A stretch of DNA of 63,989 nt, counting the filler, from Phoronis australis (Eukaryota; Animalia; Phoronida): the NCBI GenBank assembly GCA_002633005.1. It is 6 parts of 6 records of this genome, joined end to end, with 100 filler letters (N's around TTAATTAATTAA, not from the genome) between each part and the next. Parts side by side here need not be neighbours in the genome. Positions count along the whole stretch, not along the records: positions 1 to 27,577 come from NMRA01000808.1; positions 27,678 to 44,175 come from NMRA01000150.1; 4 more parts are not named here. One strand, 5' to 3'. Under the pieces are notes generated by a model. That model did not search any database and was not told the DNA's origin. It saw only the letters and a program-made list of their open reading frames with translations. Shown here in pieces: positions 27,041 through 41,100 of the stretch. Position numbers and translations under genes: made by a program. Position 1 is the first letter of the stretch. Each line of letters opens with the position of its first letter.

Positions 27041-27577
27041 CTGAAAGTGCAGAAAACAAAAACAGTTTGTAAAACAAAATTCATTATAACAGCCACATCC
27101 TGAAACCTATCTGCACTCTTCAAACGCCGTTCAGAATCACCAGTCTTTGTTTTCAGGTAAATTTATCGTTTTCTGTTCTATTAAACAATGAACACAAGAT
27201 CAGTGTGCTCCATTTCAATGACTCATATTTCCACTTACCGAAATAAGGGAAAAATAATTATAATGGTTCTCGAGATCAAAGCTTATTGCAGACCTTAATT
27301 AAAGGCGAAGGCAACATTTTTCCATGTCATTTTGAGCTAAAATAAGGTTGGTTGGTTATCCTAGACATATTTTCCACTTAATTACAGCTTTTCGTAATTT
27401 TATAGATTACTCGTCCGCTACTCCGGAAGTGACGTTTTAGGAGGTAAGCGTTTCCTGCCACTTGGTTTTGCGTTGACTTTACCGTGCGAATCTGTTCTAT
27501 TCTACTTTTGTTTTGTGCTGTTTTTCAAAAGTTGTCGCCACCACTTTCCATCGGCGAGTATTTTGCGGCAAGATAGG

Positions 27578-27677
27578 NNNNNNNNNNNNNNNNNNNNNNN
27601 NNNNNNNNNNNNNNNNNNNNNTTAATTAATTAANNNNNNNNNNNNNNNNNNNNNNNNNNNNNNNNNNNNNNNNNNNN
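27578..27677. other. Assembly linker N-TTAATTAATTAA-N (also at about 44176-44275, 55301-55400, 59630-59729, 62800-62899)
   Basis: Identical 100-nt spacer with a six-frame stop core occurs five times. Artificial. Confidence 0.97.
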
Positions 27678-27899
27678 TCAATTTTGCGATCTGAAATTTG
27701 TCAGTATTTAACGCTGCAGGTAAGAGCATAATCTATACATTTTCTCGGTAATCTAAAAAATCGATTTTGGAGCGTAAAAATGGCGGGAAATTCTTGCGAC
27801 CTGGCATTTAAGAATGCGAGCTGGATTTTGAAAATGCGACCTGGGATTTTGGCTAGGTCGCAAAATGCGACCTGGCGATTTGAATAGCGTCGAGCCCTG
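27678..27899 (-). mobile_element. Left end (inverted) of the same hAT-like family
   Basis: Reverse complement of about 57855-58070, terminus gcgtcgagccctg, truncated by the assembly linker. Confidence 0.7.
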
Positions 27900-28810
27900 T
27901 GCACTGTAGGCCAGGCTTACTGAGTGAGCATTGGCAATAATATTCACTGCATTCCGTGAGCCAGATTAACGCACAGCCATTTAGACTTGTACTCAACTAT
28001 TATTATTATTATTATTATTATGTGCATAGAAAAGTTTAGACAAAGTATCTCTTGAAAAGATTGTAAGAGATGATAGTTGTTTGACTTGTAATGCTATTGA
28101 AATTTTGATGGTTTGTTTTGTGATAGTTCACTTGCACATGCGCTGCGGTCCAAAGTTCAAGCTTTAAGTAATATAAGTAAACAAAGCATAGACTTAGTAA
28201 AGACTAACATTTTAAAAGTGTGTTTTGGACCTTATTTTGAAGAGGATAATACTGTACTAACTTTGTGCCAGTAATTTATATTTCAGTCATCTTTGAACCA
28301 CAACAAGCCTACATTTGATTTTTATATTCCTTGTATCATTATATCAAAGCTAGACAAAAGCTGATCATCAGTTTTAAAAAATCCCTGAATTCACCTTTTG
28401 GGAGGCCCTCTGTAAATACTTAAATATATATTTACTCGCAGATGTATTATTTGGAAAGTAACTCGTTCGTTAAAACTGCGCGGGTGTATGAATGGCGTGT
28501 AACTGGCGTGTGAATGGGGCGTGAATGGTGTGTGAATGTTGTGTGAATGGGGCATGAATGTTGTAACTTTTCCATTATTAGATAGTTATCATTTGCTGTT
28601 ATTTTCTTTCTTTTGAGAAATAATAAAAAATAGGCTGGTGATCTACTCTTGCTAAATAACCTGGTGATTTACTTTCTCACTAAATAGCCTGGTGAACTAC
28701 TCTCTCACTAAATAACCTGGTGATCTACTCTCTCACTAAATAACCTGGTGATCTACTCTCTCACTAAGTAGCCTGGTGAACTACTCTCTCACTAAATAGC
28801 CTGGAGGTCT

Positions 28811-29060
28811 GGGGCCTGTTCCAAGAAACTGATTTAAGTTCATTTTTTACTTAAGTTTTAGATTTGTCTGAACTTTCAAACTTTGAAACTTCCACATTTG
28901 GTAAGTAAGTCAAAATTAAGACAAAACTTATGTTAAACACTTAAGTTAAACTTAAGATCTCTTTCTTGAATTGATTTAAAGACAAATTTAACTCTTAATT
29001 TAAGATTTACAAAACTTTAAGATTTTTCTTAGCTGAGTCAGTTTTGTTGGAACAGGCCCC
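28811..29060. mobile_element. 250-bp MITE with TIR ggggcctgttccaa (PIF/Harbinger-like termini) inserted in a minisatellite
   Basis: ggggcctgttccaa ... ttggaacaggcccc, AT-rich interior rich in ttaag/cttaa. A related terminus ggaacaggcccc occurs at about 16686-16697. Confidence 0.7.
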
Positions 29061-29179
29061 TAGTCTCTCAATAAATAGCCTAGTGACCTAGTCTCTCACT
29101 AAATAGCTTGGATATCTAGTCTCTCACAAAATAGCCTGGTTTCTCAGACCCAAACTCATTCATTCTTTCACACTCTTAC

Positions 29180-32100
29180 CTGGCTTGTCTCTCCAACTCT
29201 ATGTCCGCTTCAGTCTCCAGAACCTCGCGACGCGTCAACTCATCCACAAGTGCAGCATCAGCCTCTTTTTCATCTTCCTCTAAGATGGCCCGTCGCTAGG
29301 CAATGAGACACAATAGGAAAGCTCTTCAAATGTTAGGATCAAGAAATAGAAAGCTTCAGGACAACCAAAAGACAAACTTCCTATTTTTAAATACTTAACC
29401 ATGCAAATGATGAAATTGGCTGACCAAATCTAAATGCTTCTTTTCTTTGGCAGCAATTGGTTTCTACCATAGAACGAGAGATTGTTTCCAGTGGCCTAAA
29501 TCTTGACAGCTTGACCAAGTCTGCCAAAATGGGGAGACATTTTGACTGTTACATACCAATGGCTTGAATTATCTACATGAGAACAGGTGGAATAACATTT
29601 GGTTATTTGATACAAACTTGTATGCTTGAGTAAGTTCATGAATAACTTCCATTGTTCCACAGAACAGTGTAAGACAAGGAAACAAAACATAGACCAAAAA
29701 TATAGGGAACATAATATACTTAAGAATTAATTGAAGTCTACCAGCAGTACTTAAAATGTCAAGAATTGTCAAAATGTTTAACCATAGCTTGATTTTACAG
29801 GCTAAATAGATACACAGCTGATGTCATTCAGTCAAATTTGATTGCATATTGCACCTGTATCAAGCCACTTTCAATGCGACTGATTTATAGAACACTGCCA
29901 CTTTGAAGTAATATATTACTTTATTTTGATGTTGCACATTTACTCACCAGAAGATCTCGCTCCATCTGAACTTTAAGCTCGTTAAAATGCTTCCGTTTCT
30001 TTTTATCTCGAGTCATCTTTAATTCCACGATTCTGGCTAGAGACAAAATATGAAATTCTCAAGTTAAAATATTAGTAAATGTTGCACAGTTACAGTTTCA
30101 ATGCTCGGAAATTTTTTACAAAAAATATTTATTTAATATTCTTTTGTCCATATATGAAGCAAGGTATACATTGTTCTGCAATATTCAAGTAAGAAGAGTT
30201 GACAGTAGGACACTTTCATTCCGCCATATCAGGCCATCGTCTGTTATGGTCCGTTGATGTGGGCATGCAGTATTTCTAATTTTTCTATATTTTCAAAACA
30301 AAAGTCATGGCTGGGTGCAGTGGTGTTGACTAGGGTCAGGCATTGACCTTGACTGGAGTCAGGCAGTGGCCTTGACTGGGGTCAGGCAGTGGTCACCACC
30401 TAATATTAATTTGAGCTGGCAAAACAGTTTTAATGTTTAAAACTAGCTTGGATGCATTTTTGAGGCGTTTGCAAGAGATTGACAATTTTGGTAAAACGAA
30501 TCAGGAGGGCACTTTATTCCTTCCAAAGCGAAATGCGCATCTTGAAATGTTGGGACGCAAGAACCAGCTATGTTATTTTGACCAATGTGACTAATAGAGT
30601 GTACAGTTTACACATTTCAGAGATCTCAGCTAGAATGCATTCCCACAGTCACCTCATACCACAGTCACCTCATACCCATGGTCATCTCATACCTTGCAGT
30701 CTATCTATTTCAGCCACCGCAGCTTGCCTCGCTTTCAATAACAAGTCCTGCCGCGCTCGCTCTTCAAGACGTAGTCGTTCAGCTCTGTCAATGTAAATAA
30801 TGCATAATACCATAACGTTCAGCTTCTAAATGAGAAACAAATTTCAAACACGAATGAACAAGAGCAATGCAATGCACAATTAGTTCATGCTGCCTTAATG
30901 TGCAGAGCATCAGGACATAGTAGATAGTAATATTACTAGCTGCTGTCACATAATAATAGTCAAGAAACGAAACATTGAATATCAATACAGTTCATGGCAT
31001 ATCAATACAATTCTTCCAACACTCAAAATAGTAACCTTACAGGACGATGAGCCAGTGAAATGAGTTCAAAGCAAGCACTGAATGAACATCTGCTTATTTT
31101 TGTACATGTCAAATTGTTTCATTTTGGCTTGTAATGTTTTGTACATAAACCTTATTTCTTCATACTCTACCTTGACACCATCTTGTGCCTGGCTATTTGC
31201 TGCATTCTGGTTGTGTAGGTGGCACTGCTATCACAGATAGACTGCAGCTCTTGCTCCGAGAACGTGACGGCTATGCGCGGAATGTCGCGGTCCAGACTAC
31301 ACATGAAGTGCTGAATGGGACACAAGAATTTTTCAGAATACAAACATGGAGGCTGGGCAAAATTTCTACTACAGATGTAATGGGTACAAATTTGATCACA
31401 AGATGTCACTACTCAACTGTATTACAAAAGGAGAACTTTGCTAAAAGAATATACAGAAGCTGTCCCAAATTTAAATTACAATTTCAATTGTATGAAAGGG
31501 CTGTATATTGTTGTGTGTGAGACTTGTTCATGGCAGTAATGAACACTCTCTAGTGTGATGGTGAACAAATGGTTTGTTACATGTTTTACATAAATCATTC
31601 ACAACAAAGATTTAGATTCACCCGTCATTTACTATCAATGTGACACAACAAGCCATTTCACTGAGGAAAATTGACCTCTTTCAACACAATTTATGTACAC
31701 TCAACTTAAATCATCACAACACACTCTGTAGTCACATGATTCAACTTACATTAGGAGAGCACAACCTCAACAAGTTGATGGACTTGCCACAGACAAAGAT
31801 ATCATGAGCCATGTCTTGCAAGAAGACAGGGACACTCTCTGATGAGTTCTGAGTAGTCAGTACATATCCCATAGTCCAGTAATGTTTATCTGCCAAAACA
31901 AACAGGACACATGTAAATGACACCATGCAGTAACAGTACAGATTACAACATTGCAGACACAAACCTAAACACTTCAGCTATAAGAACACTTACCTCAGTA
32001 CACTGCTAATCTTGTACATGTATGCTGCTGCAGACAAATGAGACTGCCACCTATTATCAGAAAAGTAAATTGTTCTCTGATGTCCATTGCCTCTTAGTAT

Positions 32101-35100
32101 ACATGTGTATTCTAGTACTTCTGAGCAAATGGATGAACTCTTAACAAGTTACCCATTCACTGCCAAATACGTTGATTGGAGAGTTGAGTACTTGCCTGTT
32201 CTAGAACAACGTAATCCTAAATTTCACCGGAGATAACTGCAATTTAACAATATTAGGAGCCGACAGGACAAGTTTAATCAAAAGATTTTAAAGTATTTCT
32301 TTGTTTTTGTTGCTAGAATTTCTGTCAGTTGCTTACTTGTCAAATTGTGTTTGATGGAACAGCCTCTAAGCCACCCACTATTGATGTTTAATTGACTAAA
32401 AATCCAAAACTATTCTTATTCTGGATTCAAGTTTGAAAAATGTTAGATGCAAGAGAATGTACATACCGGAGCTAGCGGGTCATGTATTTCAACCAAAACC
32501 TTCATTGACCACTGATAGTGTTTTTTCTTTCATCAACATATAATAGTCTAATGGATGGTTAGTTTAAGCTACTAGGCTGTCTTTGTTAAGTGTGTCAACT
32601 GATAAACAACATGAACCAGCCAAAAGAAATCGTGTTAATGATTCCTCTCTGATAAATCCTGTAGTACACAAAGATTACCTCTGAATTGTAGGTAGTCAGG
32701 GTTAACCTTGATCATGAACTCACTGTAGATGTCCCGACAAACACCAGAGAAAAGCCAGTCTTGAATGAACCTGTGTTAGATGATCAGCAAACTGTTGAGT
32801 GTGCAATATATTGTAATAGTCAGTCTACAGTGACAGATGGAAAACTCGGATTGGATATACAGTGTACATTATTCACAAGAAGTATTTAAAATTTAAGGGA
32901 TCACAGATTTTGTATATTGCTGTTAGTTTTTTTTTTCAGCACCAAATGGAATCAGACTTTTTCCAGTTCTGTTCAGTACAGAATACCATCTCCACTCGAT
33001 GCTCGTCACTGACAACTGCGGTCTGGCTACTTGGCCGACACTCCTCATGGTGACCAAAACAAAAGCATTTGTTGTGTAATTTCCTTTTTGGGGTCACCTT
33101 GGACAATACTCAGCATCATGCCATTTTGCGCCCTCTGGTGTTGCAAATTCTAGGTATTTGCACACACTTCTCATCCACATTTCTTAGGCAACACAGGAAT
33201 TCCTGGTAAACCTCCACAGCATTGCCGTTACCCTAATGAAACAAGGCACAGTTTTTATTATTTGTTTGTTTCACTATCAAATAAGAATTGCGTAACATTT
33301 TGAATTATTGGGGTTTTTTATATGCCAAACTTGTTTTTAAGTGCATCAATTGTGGTGTTTTCTTTAAACTGCAATTTATTAACAAATTGTTTCTTTTCCT
33401 GATGATACTTGAACACAATTCTCCAGGAAGTCACTAGGTGGCATTAACTACAAAATTAAATATTCACAGTTTTAATGAGACAGAGCATCTTTAAAGTATA
33501 GTCATTTTCATTTTGCTTATACCAAACATCCTGTTACAGGGTGAATACTTACATAACGTAAGGAACACATGTAGCCTTCAACAGAGACAACATAAGTGGA
33601 TAGTTGACTGAGTTACAAGAAAATTGTGTCTCTTGGTAGATATAGGTCAGCAGCTTGAGGCCCTGAAACAAAACAAGCGAGAAAACATAAACGAGTAGTT
33701 GACTGATTTACAACATGAATGAGCAGTTCACAAGTAACAACACACTAGAGTCAAATGGGAGACAAAGGCCAGGGGCACAAGTCTGTGAGAGACAGTAACA
33801 CAACTATATCAAACCAGCTTGTATATTTATAGTTGGCTGGTAAGTCATTACATACCAATACCAGCTACATAGAAAAGACATGAATCTATGGATAATAGGT
33901 GTAATGTTAATCAACCAGCTACATAGAAGAGACATGAATCTATGGATAATGGGAGTAATGTTAATCAACCAGCTACATAGAAGAGAAATGAATCTATGGA
34001 TAATGGGAGTAATGTTAATCAACCAGCTACATAGAAGAGACATGAATCTATGGATAATGGGAGTAATGTTAATCAACCAGCTACATAGAAGAGACATGAA
34101 TCTATGGATAATGGGTGTAATGTTCCTCAACCAGACACATCTATCTCAGTCTGTTAAATAAGAAAGATTCCAAATGATAGCAAATTTCTGACACTCAATC
34201 CCTACAAAGGATAATTAAAAATACTGCTCAGTATATAACTATCAACATTGATGAATATACAACAGTAAGACTGCTTTGAGTGAGATTGTCTAACAACTAC
34301 TCACAGTTGGGAATACAACACTGATGAATATACAACAGTAAGACTGCTTTGAGTAAAATTGTCTAACAACTACTCACAGTTGGGAATACACTGCTGATGA
34401 ATATACAACAGTAAGACTGCTTTGAGTAAGATTGTCTAACAACTACTCACAGTTGGGAATACACTGCTGGATGTATTATCCTTTCCATCACACATGCACA
34501 GGACAGCCAGGAACCTGCAGTCATAAGAACACAGTATTTAGAGTGCTGTGAGTGAAATAACAGGAGGGGGTGAGATGCTGCAGACATTACATGTTCCCTA
34601 AGACCCTTCTAACTTAGTGCATAGCAGACACTACATGTTCACTAAGACCTTTCTAACTTAGTGCATAGCAGATATTACATGTTCACTAAGACCTTTCTAA
34701 CTTAGTGTATAACTATATACACTTAATGATACAGCAATAAGAACAATGCGGAAAATTGATATGCACCCATCGTGTACATCGCATACAGTGCAGAAACATT
34801 ACCACAAAACGGAGCATTGCAGTTTTGAGGGGATGCAAAGCAAGTTAGAAATGCAATCCATTAGGAACACACCTGCCACCTCTTATCATGATTCTTCAAT
34901 AAGTTTGGAGGATAAAGAGACAGACAACAAAGGGCACAAAAATAAGAGAAAGGCCACAAGGGGGCGCAATGTAGGTCATATACATATAAAACAGGACAGA
35001 TGATAGTAACTTATTTTACTATTTCATGAAGATCGATCAATGACTTTGTTATATATCAAGGCAAATGCAAAGAAAAACAAAATTGCCAATAGGTGACTCT

Positions 35101-38100
35101 GCTGTGGTTGGATCTGTCCCAAAATCCATGATAGTTGTACTCTACTTAATAAAAACAGATGCCAGATTTGATGAAGATCCATCAAAGAACTTGTATTAAT
35201 CCAAAGGCAAAAAAAGAAAATTGACACAAGACTACGCCACAATTGTCAAATCAATTCAAAATGCATTGTCAGCCATACACATCTCATTATTAATTCACAC
35301 CAATTTTCATAAAAGATACTTTAGCGTGAATAGATGTGTCCCGGATTACACAGTGACACTCAAATCTCGTTGTATTCATCCATAATGCCACAAACATCCA
35401 TGAGGTAAATTTACTGCCTTGTTTTTGTGCCACTGGAGTTTGTTGTTGTCTGATTCTTTACAGTTTTTTCTCTGTTGCATTACTCTATTCGTTGTTCCAA
35501 TAGCAGCGTGAAAAATACTGATAAATTAGACAAGTACCCGTGGATGCATGACCCCTAATTCTTCGCCTTCTCAACGTCAATGAGAGACACGAAAACGTGC
35601 CTGATTTCCAAAACGAGGTCACACGCTGTCTTAACAAAGGAGAGTTCTATCACCGTGTAATACGGGATGGCCCTATTGGCTGACAGAGACAGTCGCCAAT
35701 ATTCTAAGATATATACTAAGAAAAAAAATGGTCACTAGGTGGCATACAATATACTAAATTCATCCGAAAATTGAAATGGGGCCATTGTCTCATTAATAGA
35801 AACCTATTTGTCAATTTCATGAACCACAAAAATACAGAGGAAAACATAAAAACAAAAAAAATCCAGTAAGGGCACAGTGCTAGTTGGATCTCTACAAAAG
35901 TCATTGCCACCCATTGTCACTTTCATAGAAATTAAACTTGCTAGATTTAACAAAAGTTCCTATGGGGTTTTTGAGAAACAGCAGCCGATGGCAGACAGAC
36001 TGGAATGACAGCGTAATACACACAAATATAAAGACGAGGGTGCATAAAAATGATGTTTCCACAAGCAATTAGTGTGTAGTAACCTTCTGAATTACATACT
36101 GTCAAATGAATCTAAAAAAGTGAAACTGAATTGAACTAACTTAGAAATGAAATGAACTTACTTTGAAAAGAATTGGACAGCTAAATCAAATACTGAATTT
36201 CACAATACATTGCAGCAGTTGGCAACATTACACAAGCAAGGTCAACTTAAGGATAGAATTTCAAAAGCTGTAATACAGAGTCCATCTTGACCTTTGACCT
36301 CACCTCATCTGCTGCATCACTCTGTTGAAGATACAGTTCACCTCCATAATAGTTCTGTCCTGTGTAACAGACAAAACAGCGGCGCAGAAATGGTGCAAAT
36401 ATCTGCGGACACCATTAGTGAATGCCTGGAATATGAGACCAGCGCTGTAGAGGGAGTCAACAACAGGGGGCGTTGCGAACTGTGCCAGGCGCCAGTGATT
36501 TGTGCCACAGTTGAGCACATCTTGACAAAGGCTGGTCAATCCTTGGTGAGTCAGCCCACTGATGTAGGTGCCAGGAGTCAGGTAGAAACAATGCTTCCTC
36601 TGTAACAGATATAAATAAGGTTTAGTTATATATATCCACAGATGACCTACTTTGTAGGCAACTTTCATCAAATTATGCTATATTTTTTACATTTCAATTT
36701 GCCATACGTCTACATTATATCTCGCATGCTACACTCAGTGCACTACATTAGTAACTACAAATGAACAAACAAGTCATTCCTTTAACTTCATCAGTGATGT
36801 CACAGAGTGCAACACATGTTAAATACCGGGGTTTCAACCCCAGAAAGGTCATTTTCCATATTTTGATCTCAGATTACCTTTCTTTACTCTAAGATGAGTG
36901 TGCATCTAACCTCCAAACATAACAACATTAACATGCAGAAATGTTCAAAATGCCCAATACACAGGTAAACTTAGCAACAGCAATAACCTTTATGCCACAT
37001 GAAGTACATGTTGATGGCCTGAAGTGACTTTTAAAGACAAACTTTTATAATACACAAACAGTGGAAACCCTATTTTTTATCCTTAATATCAGAAGTGGAC
37101 AGAAATTGGTTTTAGTTTAATTCTACCATTCTAGTTGTTCACTAGCAGATAGCAGTGAATGACATGACCCATGAGGTCAGGCCAGTGATGATGTAATTTG
37201 TTTACAATAGAATAGTAGGGAACATTCTAGAAATTTCTAGTATGTTAGTGATTAATCTAGAATCATAGTCCAGATTATTCTAGAGCCTAGCTTAGGTTTG
37301 TAAAATGACTGGGTAGATTCCAGAAAGTTATAGAATGTGCTTGAATAAGAGAAAAGTTCCAGAACACTGTAATAAACTATAAATACCCTGCCACGGGTTA
37401 GTTAACGTCAGTTGAAGTTGAGTTAATATTGAAGTTACAGTTGCAGCTAAAGTTAAAGCTGAGTTGCTGTTGCAGAATCAGTAGTTACAGCGATAGTCAA
37501 TAGAAGGCCAGCTATAGACAGCGCATTATTGAATCAACGAGAGTAACAGTTGCTGCAAGCGTATCCAAAGTTCATCACAAGTCAAGGCTTCACAGCACTG
37601 GCTGGAGCAAAGAACAGAGATTACATCAGAAGTTTTGATTTTGAGTAGACTTGTGAACGTACGATTCAGATTAATAAAGTGATTAACTTGAACCAGTCTT
37701 CAGTCTATAGTTACACTGAAAGCTATTTGCACTGGTCAGTAACAACCTGCACTCACTCATGCACTCAATTAGATGAGAACTAATTTCTGTTAGTCCTTTC
37801 TTGAGACCATATTAAGGGCATAAAATGAGGCACCATTTCAAAGACTTAAAATCACAAGAAACAACTTGAAACGTACTTTATAATCATGGCAAGTGATATC
37901 AATAAAATGTGTATTACGATGGAAGGCAGGTTCATAGAAGCTTTATACAATTTAAATTAAAATTACACTAAATTACACGCAATCAAATAAACATTACCTC
38001 ACAAAACTGAAAAGTTTCAGACGGCAATGCCAACATTAAGTTGAACATGTCTTTCACTAGTGTCTTTCTGGTAACAGGACGGGGTGGGGCAATATCTAAT

Positions 38101-41100
38101 GACCTGTCAATCATATTTAAAGCCTGTGTTGTTTTACGAAGAATGACATCCACAGCCATTGGCCCAGCTTCTGTCAAGTACGGATTCTCGGATCGTGCAG
38201 GAGGCCTGTGTGATATACAAAATTAATAAACTCTACTTGCTGATGGAAACAAAAGGTATGCATAGAGCACGCACGATAATAATAAAATCACTAAATCCTC
38301 TTACAAAATGAACTTGCCTCCAGTTGAAAGGAAACTGAAAGTTTAGTTGATGTGTTAATCACAATCCTTAGCACGCCCTTCTGTCCATGGTGTAGCTGAA
38401 TGAATGTGTTAATCACTATGCATACCTTCCCCTCCTCTCCCATGTGTAATGCCTATTGGGAACCAGTTGCAAAGCCAGTTCCCAAATATTGTCAGTGTCA
38501 GATGTCTGTCCACAGAGGGCACTGTCCTTCAAGGGAGTGGAGCAAGCACTACCTATGCCTTCATCTGTTGAGCTTGCAGACTGAAATGGAAAGTATCACT
38601 AATATGAGTGGACAAATAAAGCATGATTGTGTGAAATACAGTCAGAAATGTAAGTTAGTTGTAGAAAAACCCTAACCCTAACCTTCACCTTAACCCTAAC
38701 TCTACTACAAAAATAAAAGAAACTAAGTATTAATCACACTTACAACTAACCCAGTAACAACACTTACAACTAAATAAATAATAAGTTACAGCTACGTCAG
38801 TAATCAAACTTATGACTAAGTAAGTAATAACACTTATGACCAAGTCAGTAATAACACTTATGACTAAGTCAATAATGACACTTGTGACTAAGTACTAAGT
38901 AATAACAATTATGGCTAAGTCAGTAACAACAACTATGACTAAGTAATAAAGCTTACATCTAAATCAGTAATAACACTTATGAAAAAGACAGTGGAAACAC
39001 TAAGGACTAAGTCAATAACAACTTTTACAACAAAGTCATTAATAACACTCACAACAGACTCCATCTGGGGAAGTTCAAACATGGATGAGTATCTGCAATA
39101 TATTAAAACATCTGAAGTAATACACTTGATCAAAATGAAAAAAGCAATTGAGCAAAAATTTAAAAGGTAAAACTTGGTGTTTGGCAGTTCGGAACAACTA
39201 ATGCATAAGCAATATGTTGTAATAATTATAACTGTACACCATTATAACTGTACACCATTATAACTGTACATCTACTGTGCATTATTAAAACTGTACATCA
39301 TGATAACTGTACATCATTATAACTGTACATCATAACTGTACACCATTATAACTGTACATCATTAAAACCAATGAATTTACCATTAGTGTGCTTATATCAC
39401 AAAGAGTCCGCATTTCACAATATATACCTGAACCTGCCATCCCGGTATACTACAGATGCTGCAGGATGATTATATGTAACTGTGTACATACCCAGGCAGC
39501 AGCCCAGTGGGCATCGCTTAACTCCTGCACGGAAGCCAAGGAGAATTTTCCCAATGTAAACAAACCAAAAGGTTCAAATAAACCTTCTGAGTCTTGATAG
39601 AATGGGCATAAGACACTTTATTCAAATTTTGACAGGCCACTGTATCCTAGCCCAACACAGACACATCACTGGGCATATAAGGAACCCAGTGTTTCCCGAG
39701 TGTGGTAATGACGTTGAAACCCCTTAACACCTGGTAGAGTCTTGCCCAGCTTTTTATAGGCTAAGGAGCAACCTACTGGATGGTACTGTTACATGCCTAC
39801 AACATATTGTGCATGGCAACATATGGAAAAATTTGTCCGTTTTCTTAAAGGAGACTGGCAGACTTGACAACTTCCTTCATGAAGAATTTGCTGATCCATA
39901 ACAGGCTCTCGTATTTTTAGCTCAGGTGTTTAGTGCAGTGGGTCACAACATGAGGCCTGCGCATGTCTAATGCACCACAAATGACACCAGACCACCTGCA
40001 CTCTTTCTTATTGCTTGTATATCACATAACTTATTCAAACGAATGTAGTAAACAATATTAACATATTGAGCACTGTAACCTTCATTTCAGTCATTTTGAG
40101 GGTCTGAAAAATTGAACATTGACCTCGATGAAAGTCAATAACATCTGATCTTATATGATCAAAGAAGAGCAATCACTACAGACAAACAATATAAAACTGA
40201 ACATTGTCATTCATTAAAACAATATAAAACTGGACATCATTATTCATGAACACAATGTAAAACTGGACATCATTATTCATGAACACAATACAACACTGGA
40301 CATTGTTATTCATGAATACAATACAACACTGGATATTGTTATTCATGAATACAATACAACACTGGATATTGTTAATCAAGCTTGGAGAATATCTCTCAAG
40401 CTAATACGCAATGGTTCCTGAATGAAAAAGAAACTTCAAGTAAATATCAAAAATTATAATTGTAACTTGTCAACAAACATGGCAAAGCTTGATCAAATGT
40501 ATCTGAGTAAATTCAGCAATCCCGATTTATTCATCACTGTCAAGCACGAAATAACATAAGACCAGTTCCCACCTGGAATCAACAGGATCAGGCAGGTCGG
40601 GCAGCTGTAACTCCATGTTGACATCTCCACTTGACCTTTGACCCAAAGCACCAAATACAGTCTGTCTGGTCTTGCGTTCATGTTCATCTTTCAGAAAACC
40701 CTGTAAACCTTGCTAAGTAAATTTCACGATTTTTTTCAAGTTGATTGAAAACTAAGGACTTTTCATGCGACTATAAATCCAAATAGACAAAACTTTCCTG
40801 CAGACACAAAATAACATTGCAGACCGTTCTCAGACAGCACAAACCTTCAATAACCAGGAAGTATTGTACAATAATATAGTGACATCTATCATTCATCCAC
40901 CTTTAACTGTATAGCAGTAATCACTAGATATAGTCACTCAGATGTATTTACATTGACATTAGAAAAATTTCAAACTTGGCTAACTTTGTAACATCATATC
41001 TCACAAATGGCCGACTGCATGCAAATAAAATGCTCTGATATCATGCATCATGCATTGTTCTCCAAAACACATTTAGGAATTGTTTTTACAATTTCCCCCT

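Noticed and set aside
27578-27677. Repeated TTAATTAATTAA palindrome flanked by Ns (five places)
   Set aside because: Artificial six-frame-stop contig linker, not biology.
38668-38703. Telomeric (CCCTAA)n tract
   Set aside because: Only a few degenerate units inside an intron, so not a chromosome end or fusion signal.
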